From an uncultured Janthinobacterium sp. (GTDB lineage: Bacteria; Vulcanimicrobiota; Vulcanimicrobiia; Vulcanimicrobiales; Vulcanimicrobiaceae), in assembly GCA_964658025.1 (NCBI GenBank), contig CAZZXB010000094.1:1-11913 (forward strand): a stretch of 11,913 nt of DNA, read 5' to 3'. The position numbers and the translations under genes were made by a program. Below the pieces are notes generated by a model. The model was given only the letters and a program-made list of their open reading frames with translations, made no database searches and was not told where the DNA came from. Of the stretch, positions 1-5,774 are shown piece by piece. Position 1 is the stretch's first letter. Each line of letters begins with the position of its first letter.

Positions 1-126
1 CGCCCGCGCGTTCGCGCGCGCGCGGGCGACGATCCCCGCGATGGCGAGCGATGCGACGATCGCCGCGACCCACGACCAGAACCGAACGGTCCCGAAGTCG
101 ATCGTCGTCTGGCTCGGATCGGACAT
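1..126 (-). CDS. 5' part of a putative membrane protein (continues past the left edge)
   Basis: Not in the ORF track; read by hand. On the minus strand GAGGAGG (138-132) lies 5 nt before an ATG at 126. The frame is open to position 1: MSDPSQTTIDFGTVRFWSWVAAIVASLAIAGIVARARANARA, with a hydrophobic TM-like segment followed by basic residues. Confidence 0.7.
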   Translation of the reverse strand, partial: MSDPSQTTIDFGTVRFWSWVAAIVASLAIAGIVARARANARA

Positions 127-307
127 GCGCGCCTCCTCGAACGAATCGTGCGTCGAGCCGAGAACGCGCGCGCGAATCGCCGCGTGACGACGCGGCTCGA
201 TGGAGCGTATCCCGCGCGGCCGGGCGCGGCGCGACGCTCGCGCGGGCGACGAGGAGGACGCTCCTCGCGCACGGGGCCGGAGATCGCGAAAATTTCCCGC
301 CGCATCC

Positions 308-333
308 CGAACTTTTCCGGCGACCCCCGCGTT
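308..333 (+). promoter_or_regulatory. Candidate ECF-sigma-type promoter for the small secreted peptide
   Basis: cGAAC (308-312), a 17-nt spacer, then CGTT (330-333). This resembles the AAC..N16-17..CGT(T) ECF pattern. Motif match only. Confidence 0.3.
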
Positions 334-396
334 GACTCAAATGTGGCGGCTCGAATGAGAACCGTCGCAGAATACGATTCGAAAGGAGGAATCAAT

Positions 397-579
397 TTGA
401 AGCAGATGTTTGCAGCGCTCGTCGCGGCGGCTCTCCTCGCGGCCCCGGCCGTCGCGAAGACCTCGCACGTGCACTCCGCCAAAGTCGCCAAGGCCCATCA
501 CGCCCACTCGATGCACAAGACCGCGTCGAAGCCGATGAAGCACATGTCGATGAAGAAGAAGCACAAGAAGGGCAAGTAG
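397..579 (+). CDS. Small secreted His/Lys-rich protein (60 aa; acid-shock-protein-like composition)
   Basis: AGGAGG at 384-389 lies 7 nt before a TTG at 397 (alternative ATG at 406). The product is MKQMFAALVAAALLAAPAVA, a Sec-type signal ending A-V-A, then a 40-aa mature part rich in K/H/M. A terminator follows. The 148 start in the ORF track is an overcall. Confidence 0.85.
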   Translation: MKQMFAALVAAALLAAPAVAKTSHVHSAKVAKAHHAHSMHKTASKPMKHMSMKKKHKKGK

Positions 580-611
580 GCCCGAAGCCGTCTTCCTAAC
601 GCATTTTAAAC

Positions 612-643
612 GGGCGCGACCTTCGGGAAGCGCCTATTTTTTT
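612..643 (+). terminator. Rho-independent terminator (possibly bidirectional)
   Basis: GGGCGC-ga-CC-TTCG-GG-aa-GCGCCT stem with a cUUCGg tetraloop, followed by ATTTTTTT. It lies between two convergent genes, with a short A run just upstream. Confidence 0.8.
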
Positions 644-1457
644 ATCCGCCGACGCCGACGGCCGCGTGACCGAACAGCGGCGGAACGTACTTCCCCGCAG
701 CGTACGAGATCGCGAACACCGCCGCGCCCCACCCGACGACCTCGAGTCCCTTGAGCGCGGGGGCCCGACCGCCGAGCCTTCCTGCGACGAAGCCGATCGC
801 GAAGAGCGCGATGGCGGCGAGACCGAGCGCGACCAGCGGCGCGACGGCGAGCGAGATGCCGAACGCGAAGGGCAAGACCGGGAGCGCGCCGCCGATCGCA
901 AACGAGAGCGCCATCGCGCCGCTCGCGCGGAAGCCCTTGCCCTCGGCCTCGCGGACGTCGATGCCGAACTCGTCGCGCACCATCTCGTGCAACCAGATGT
1001 CCGGATTCTTCTCCAGGCGGCGCACGATCATGAGCGCTTCTTCGTCGGTGAAGCCTTTGAGCGCGTAGTAGGCGAGTTGCTCCTGAAATTCTTCCTCGGG
1101 CATCTCGAGCATCTCGCGGCGCTCGAGTTCGATCGCGTTCGCGACGACCTCGCGTTCGGCGCGGCCGCCGACGAACTCGCCGACCCCCATCGAGAGCGCG
1201 CCGACGAGGAGCGAGAGAAAGCCCGTCACGAGGATCGTGCCGCGATCGGCGATCGCGCCGCCGACGCCGCTGACGATCCCGAGCGTCGTGAGGACGCCGT
1301 CCTGCGCGCCGAACACGACTTCGCGGATGCCGCGCTGCTTCTCGAGCCGCTGACGCTCGATCGTATCGGGGATGCGCGCCGCGTGACGGCCCCGATTCGC
1401 GACGGAAACCGTACGATTGTCCGTTTCGATCGAGAGAGAATTCCGCTCGTCCGCCAT
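642..1457 (-). CDS. VIT1/CCC1 family Fe2+/Mn2+ transporter
   Basis: Family motifs IREVVFGAQDGVLTTLGIVSGV, GALSMGVGEFV and SFAIGGALPVLPF. Glu-rich cytoplasmic segment (ERREMLEMPEEEFQE...HEMVRDEFG) and about five hydrophobic segments; 271 aa. Confidence 0.92.
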   Translation of the reverse strand: MADERNSLSIETDNRTVSVANRGRHAARIPDTIERQRLEKQRGIREVVFGAQDGVLTTLGIVSGVGGAIADRGTILVTGFLSLLVGALSMGVGEFVGGRAEREVVANAIELERREMLEMPEEEFQEQLAYYALKGFTDEEALMIVRRLEKNPDIWLHEMVRDEFGIDVREAEGKGFRASGAMALSFAIGGALPVLPFAFGISLAVAPLVALGLAAIALFAIGFVAGRLGGRAPALKGLEVVGWGAAVFAISYAAGKYVPPLFGHAAVGVGG

Positions 1458-1503
1458 GATGGAGCGCGGTTCCCGCGCGACCGCACCTCTTCCGCCCGAC
1501 GGG

Positions 1504-1512
1504 TGGTAAAAT
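1504..1512 (+). promoter_or_regulatory. Extended -10 promoter element (TGgTAAAAT), probably driving a leaderless transcript
   Basis: TG-n-TAAAAT at 1504-1512 ends 7 nt before the ATG at 1520. No Shine-Dalgarno is visible, and this is an AT-rich island in a very GC-rich background. Confidence 0.55.
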
Positions 1513-1519
1513 GGTCGGT

Positions 1520-2029
1520 ATGGCGGACGAAGACGAGCGCAATCCCAACCCCATCGTCGCGATGGCCATGAAGATCCGCGCGCGCCGCGACGTGGAGAGC
1601 GCGATCGATTCCGCGACGCCCGCGCCGGGACCGGCGGACGACGCCGACGCGCAAACCGTGCTCGCCGCCTTCGGCGACGCGCTCGCGATCGGCGCGAAAC
1701 GCCTCAACTCGATCCTCGGGAAGGACGGCGTCCGTTACGTCCGGCTCGAAAAACCGCTCCGCATCCGGCTCCGCTTCCGCGACAAACGGATCGCGCTCGA
1801 CCTCGATGCGGTCCGTCAACTCGTCGTCGTGAGCGGCGGCGATCTCGACGGCGAGTACCAGGTCGACGCCGGGAGCGCGGCGCCCGCGCTCATCAACCTC
1901 TCGCGGCTCTCGACGGAAGCCGGCTACGGCGACGCGCTCACGCCGACCGTCCTGCTCAAGACGATCGCGCGGGACGCGGAGTTGCCCCGCCCGCCGCACC
2001 TCGACGAACTCGGACCGATGCGGTTTTAG
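1520..2029 (+). CDS. Hypothetical protein (169 aa)
   Basis: The ORF has host-like codon usage (G/C third positions) and normal globular composition, and fills the gap between the VIT1 gene and nth. ATG 1520 is preferred over 1511 because 1511 falls inside the -10 element. No family recognised. Confidence 0.8.
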   Translation: MADEDERNPNPIVAMAMKIRARRDVESAIDSATPAPGPADDADAQTVLAAFGDALAIGAKRLNSILGKDGVRYVRLEKPLRIRLRFRDKRIALDLDAVRQLVVVSGGDLDGEYQVDAGSAAPALINLSRLSTEAGYGDALTPTVLLKTIARDAELPRPPHLDELGPMRF

Positions 2030-2825
2030 CGGTCGTTTTTCTCGGCGTCGCTCCGGCTTTCGGCACCGGTTCCGATTTTAGCGTCGCTTTGGATTTGGGT
2101 GTCGCTGCCGATTTCGGCGTCACCTCGGGTTTCGGCATCGCTTTCGATTTGAGGGCGCTCGCGACGAGCGGCGCGCTCGGACAGATCTCGGCGACGGAGC
2201 AGCGCGCGCAGAGCGGCGTCGGCGCCTTGCAGATCGCGCGGCCGTGCAGGATCAACCAGTGATGCGCGTGACGGATTTTCTCGCGCGGCACGAGCCTCAC
2301 CACGTCGTCTTCGACCGCACGCGGCGTCGTGCCGAGCGTGAGCCCGAGCCGGTGCGACACGCGAAAGACGTGCGTGTCGACGGCGAACTCGGCGCCTTCG
2401 AAGGCGACCGAGAGGACGACGCTCGCCGTCTTGCGCCCGACTCCCGGTAACGCTTCGAGCGCGTCGCGATCTCGCGGGACCTCGCCGCCGTGCTCGTCCG
2501 CGATCGCGCGCGCCGCGGCGATCACGTTCTTCGCTTTCGTGCGGAAGAAGCCGCACGACTTGACGAGCCGCTCGACGTCCTCTTGCGACGCGTCGCCGAG
2601 CGCGCGCGGCGTCGGATAGGCGGCGAAGAGATGCGGCGTCGTGAGGTTCACGCGCGCGTCCGTACACTGCGCGCTCAGGATGACGGCGATCAATAACGTG
2701 AACGGCGAGTCGTAGCGCAATTCCGTGACGGCTTCGGGATACGTCGCTTCGAGGATCTCGAGCTCGCGCAACGCGACCGCGCGCGCGACCTTCTTCTTCG
2801 GAAACGGGATCTTCGGCTCGTTCAC
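1956..2825 (-). CDS. nth: Endonuclease III (HhH-GPD DNA glycosylase/AP lyase) with a Lys-rich C-terminal extension
   Basis: Motifs PFTLLIAVILSAQCTDARVN, HhH LPGVGRKTA (catalytic Lys), VDTHVFRVSHRLG, HHWLILHGR and the [4Fe-4S] motif C-x6-C-x2-C-x5-C (CKAPTPLCARCSVAEIC). GTG start at 2825. Confidence 0.95.
   Translation of the reverse strand: MNEPKIPFPKKKVARAVALRELEILEATYPEAVTELRYDSPFTLLIAVILSAQCTDARVNLTTPHLFAAYPTPRALGDASQEDVERLVKSCGFFRTKAKNVIAAARAIADEHGGEVPRDRDALEALPGVGRKTASVVLSVAFEGAEFAVDTHVFRVSHRLGLTLGTTPRAVEDDVVRLVPREKIRHAHHWLILHGRAICKAPTPLCARCSVAEICPSAPLVASALKSKAMPKPEVTPKSAATPKSKATLKSEPVPKAGATPRKTTAKTASVRVRRGAAGGATPRPARSS
2040..2147 (-). repeat. Six degenerate 18-bp tandem units within the nth 3' end
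   Basis: Plus-strand units start at 2040 tctcggcgtcgctccggc, 2058 tttcggcaccggttccga, 2076 ttttagcgtcgctttgga, 2094 tttgggtgtcgctgccga, 2112 tttcggcgtcacctcggg and 2130 tttcggcatcgctttcga. On the minus strand they encode SKAMPK/PEVTPK/SAATPK/SKATLK/SEPVPK/AGATPR. Confidence 0.8.
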
Positions 2826-2906
2826 GACCGCTCGGGTTCAAACCGGTCCGCGCGCGCTCCCGCCACGCGCTCCCGACGCCCCGTCCGCACCGCGCGAGAC
2901 GGCCGG

Positions 2907-3818
2907 TCAACCGTCGGCGAGCTTCGCGTAGCCGTCCTGCGCGGCGATCGTTCCGTCGCGCGCGAGCGTTCCGACGATCCTCGCGAACGTCTCCGCGTCG
3001 CACGAACCGATGAGGGGTTCGAGTTCGCCGCGGAGGGCGAGGAGCGAGATCTTCTCCGCCGGCCCGAGCGCGCGCAGACGATCGACGATCCGGCCGCGGA
3101 CGTACCGCGTCGTCTCGACGAAGCGCAGGCGTTCTTGCGGCGAGCGACTCGGTGCGAACGCCGCGGCACGCGCGGCGAGCGCGCTCGCATCGATCGGCGC
3201 GGCCGCGCACGCGTGGCGGACCGGACAGAGCAGACACTTCGGCGCGCGCGCCGTGCAGATCGACGAGCCGAGATCCATGAGCGCCGAGTTGAACGCGTAG
3301 CCCGCACCGCGCGGGACGAGTCGCGCCGCCACCGCGTCGAGCTCGCGCGCGTTCGCGAGCGGCGGCCATTCGAGCCCGAGTTGCGTCCGGTGGACGATCC
3401 GTCGCACGTTCGTATCGATCGCGACGACGTCGGCGTCGAACGCGAACGCCGCGATCGCGCGCGCCGTATACGGCCCGATCCCCGGCAGCGAGCGGAGCGC
3501 CGCCTCGTCCGTCGGAAGCGCGCCGCCGTGTTCCTCGACGACGGCGCGCGCGAGCGCGTGCAAGCGGATCGCGCGCGAGTTGTATCCCAGTCCTCGCCAC
3601 GCGCGCACGACGTCCGCGCGCGACGCGGCCGCGAGCGCCTCGAACGAGGGCCACGTCGCGACGAAGCGTACGAACGTCGGAACGACGCGATCGACCTGCG
3701 TCTGTTGCAACATGAACTCGCTCACGACCGTGCGATACGGCGTGCGCTCCGTCCGCCACGGTAGCGCGCTCCGGCCGCGCTCCGCGAACCACGCGAGTAA
3801 CGCCTCCGCGAGATTCAC
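2907..3818 (-). CDS. mutY: A/G-specific adenine DNA glycosylase MutY (short form, 303 aa)
   Basis: Motifs LLAWF..RGR..LPWR, VVSEFMLQQTQVDRV (catalytic Glu), WRGLGYNSRA, LPGIGPYTA, IDTNVRR and LMDLGSSICTARAPKCLLCPVRHAC (Fe-S). The GTG start at 3818 overlaps the upstream TGA (GTGA). The 4979 start in the ORF track is an overcall. Confidence 0.93.
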   Translation of the reverse strand: MNLAEALLAWFAERGRSALPWRTERTPYRTVVSEFMLQQTQVDRVVPTFVRFVATWPSFEALAAASRADVVRAWRGLGYNSRAIRLHALARAVVEEHGGALPTDEAALRSLPGIGPYTARAIAAFAFDADVVAIDTNVRRIVHRTQLGLEWPPLANARELDAVAARLVPRGAGYAFNSALMDLGSSICTARAPKCLLCPVRHACAAAPIDASALAARAAAFAPSRSPQERLRFVETTRYVRGRIVDRLRALGPAEKISLLALRGELEPLIGSCDAETFARIVGTLARDGTIAAQDGYAKLADG

Positions 3819-5272
3819 CGCGAAGACGATTGTCCGATCGCGCGACCGATGCGCGCGATCCCGTCGACGAGTTGTTCGCGCGTGACCGTCGTGATCGCGA
3901 GCCGGAAGTTGTGATCGCCGCCCGTCGCCGCGTGAAACGCCTCGCCGAAGAGAAACGACACGCCGCGGCGCTCGGAGGCGTCGAGCAACGCGCGCGCGCG
4001 CATCTCGCGTGGCGCCGTCGCCCAGAGATAGAAACCGCCCGCGCCCATCACGCGCATCGTCTTGGGCCAATGCTCGGCGATCGCCTCGCGCGCGATCGCG
4101 TGGCGCGACGCCAGCTCTTCGCGCAAACGCACGACGTGGCGATCGTAGTCGCGCGCGAGATAGTCGACGACGCCGCCCTGCACGTAGAGGCTCGTCGCCA
4201 TGTCCTGCGACTGTTTGCGCAACAGGAGTCGTTCGAAGATCGTCCGCGGCGCGGCGAGCCACCCGAGTCGCAGCGACGGCGCGATCGTTTTCGAGAACGT
4301 GCTCAGGTACACGACGTAGTCGGGCGCGCGCGCCACGAGCGGCGGTCCCGGATTGCGCGCGAGCTCGCCGTAGGGATCGTCCTCGACGATCGGCACGCGC
4401 GCGCGTTGCGCGAGCGTCACGAGCCGGTCGCGACGATCGCCGTTCATCGTGACGCCCGTCGGATTGTGGAGCGACGGCATCGTGTAGATGAAACGCGGTT
4501 TGCGCGTGCGCAGGATCGCCTCGACGTGATCGACGCGCATCCCGTCTTCGTCGACGGGGACCGGGATCGCGCGGAGGCCCGCGATCTGGAAGATCTGGAG
4601 CGCGCCGGGATACGTCGGCTGTTCCACGATGATCTCGTCGCCCGGTTCCGCGAGCGATTGTGCGACGAGCGTGATCCCCTGGGTCGAGCCCGTGAGCACG
4701 AGCACGTCGCGCGCCGTCGTCGCGCAGCCGCGCGCGCGCATCCGCGCGGAGATCGCTTCGCGTAACGGCATGTGCCCTTCGGAATCGCCGTACGAGAGCA
4801 CGTAGGCGGGATCGCGCGCGACGCGTTGGAACGATTTCGCGAGTTCTTTCAGCGGTGAAGGATCCACGGGCGGGACGCCCTGCACGAACGAGATCCGCTC
4901 GCCGCCGAACGTCGCCGCGAGTTCGCCGAGAACTTGCGGGAACGACCCGACCTGCCAGGGCGGGAGCGTGATCCACCACGGCACCTCGGCCGAACGCGGC
5001 GGATGCCCCACGTTACGCGCCACGCGCGAACCCGAGCCGACGCGCTGTTCGATCAGGCCGTCGGCGACGAGTTCGCGATAGGCGTGGACGACCGTGCTCC
5101 GATTCACGCCGAGCCGCTCCGCGAGGACGCGCTCGGGCGGGAGGCGCGTCGATTCGGGGAGCGTGCCGGTGAGGATCGACTCGCGCAGATCCTCGTAGAT
5201 CTGCTGATAGATCGGAACGATGCTCTCGCGGTCGACGACCGGAATCGCCGAGGGCCACCCAACGTCGCGCAT
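3815..5272 (-). CDS. GntR-family MocR/GabR-type regulator (wHTH + PLP-dependent aminotransferase-like domain)
   Basis: N-terminal GntR wHTH (PIYQQIYEDLRESILTGTL...RLPPERVLAERLGVNRSTVVHAYRELVADG..GSGSRV). Class I aminotransferase motifs HNPTG, IVEDDPY and STFSKTIAPSLRLGW with the PLP Lys intact. The start is uncertain: ATG 5272 (AAGGA upstream) or ATG 5296. Confidence 0.92.
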   Translation of the reverse strand: MRDVGWPSAIPVVDRESIVPIYQQIYEDLRESILTGTLPESTRLPPERVLAERLGVNRSTVVHAYRELVADGLIEQRVGSGSRVARNVGHPPRSAEVPWWITLPPWQVGSFPQVLGELAATFGGERISFVQGVPPVDPSPLKELAKSFQRVARDPAYVLSYGDSEGHMPLREAISARMRARGCATTARDVLVLTGSTQGITLVAQSLAEPGDEIIVEQPTYPGALQIFQIAGLRAIPVPVDEDGMRVDHVEAILRTRKPRFIYTMPSLHNPTGVTMNGDRRDRLVTLAQRARVPIVEDDPYGELARNPGPPLVARAPDYVVYLSTFSKTIAPSLRLGWLAAPRTIFERLLLRKQSQDMATSLYVQGGVVDYLARDYDRHVVRLREELASRHAIAREAIAEHWPKTMRVMGAGGFYLWATAPREMRARALLDASERRGVSFLFGEAFHAATGGDHNFRLAITTVTREQLVDGIARIGRAIGQSSSR

Positions 5273-5774
5273 TGGATGGGTCCTTCGCCCCGCCATTGTC
5301 GCCTTCCGCGCGGTTTTCGTCCGCCCCGTCGCGCTCGACGGCCCGCGCCGGCGCAAGGGGTCGTCGCGATGCAATGCTGAGGCGGTCCCGCGACGGTTTC
5401 CGGTCGGCTTTGTCGTGAGGAGGCGTCTCGGAATTTCGTTTTCAGCCGCCGCGTGGCGGCCTTCGCTTTCGGAGGCTCTAGCGGCCCACCCCGCATCGCT
5501 CGCATTCGCGCCCGCGGCCGTCCGATCGGCCGCGGACCGCGCGCCCGGGACGCATGCGATCCTCGTCCCGGCCGGAACGCCCGATCGCGATCAAGTCGCC
5601 CCCTTCAGGCCGACGAGCGCGTCGCGTTCGGTGGTAGTGACCACGACGACCACGAGCGGATCCCTGAAGCCGAAAACCCGCCGCTCGAAACGTTGTCTGG
5701 AGCATACGGGGTAGGTCGGCGCGCGAAAGCGCGAAAGGGCGTATCATCGGATCCGGCACGTTTGGAGGGGCATT

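Noticed and set aside
1..28. 10-bp GC hairpin at the window start
   Set aside because: It lies within the minus-strand CDS, arises from CG-dinucleotide runs and has no U-tract.
148..396. Upstream extension of the small peptide ORF (143 aa in the track)
   Set aside because: The strong RBS and signal peptide point to TTG 397. The upstream part is Arg-rich and spans the divergent promoter region.
2040..2147. Repeat array considered as a possible CRISPR
   Set aside because: The units are contiguous, degenerate 18-mers with no spacers and are in frame within nth. No cas genes are present.
2853..2875. Direct repeat cgcgctcccg x2 between mutY and nth
   Set aside because: It is short, almost all G/C and present in only two copies, so it is not distinguishable from background.
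2026..3792. 588-aa minus-strand ORF and other long Arg-rich ORFs (634-1707, 666-1571, 3830-4765, 6233-8122, 9329-10303)
   Set aside because: These are off-frame or antisense to well-supported genes, with R/A/G/P-dominated composition and no domain signatures.
3819..4979. Apparent N-terminal extension making MutY 690 aa
   Set aside because: It is an alternative frame of the MocR gene with Arg-rich low-information sequence. MutY homology starts at GTG 3818, which overlaps the upstream stop.
5655..5680. Faint resemblance of ccctgaagccga to a 6S RNA segment
   Set aside because: The complementary arm lies upstream rather than downstream, and I could not build the long rod with a central bubble.
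5689..5699. 11-mer AACGTTGTCTG also present on the minus strand at 9055-9065
   Set aside because: A single 11-bp match between intergenic regions is within chance expectation, with no supporting symmetry or spacing.
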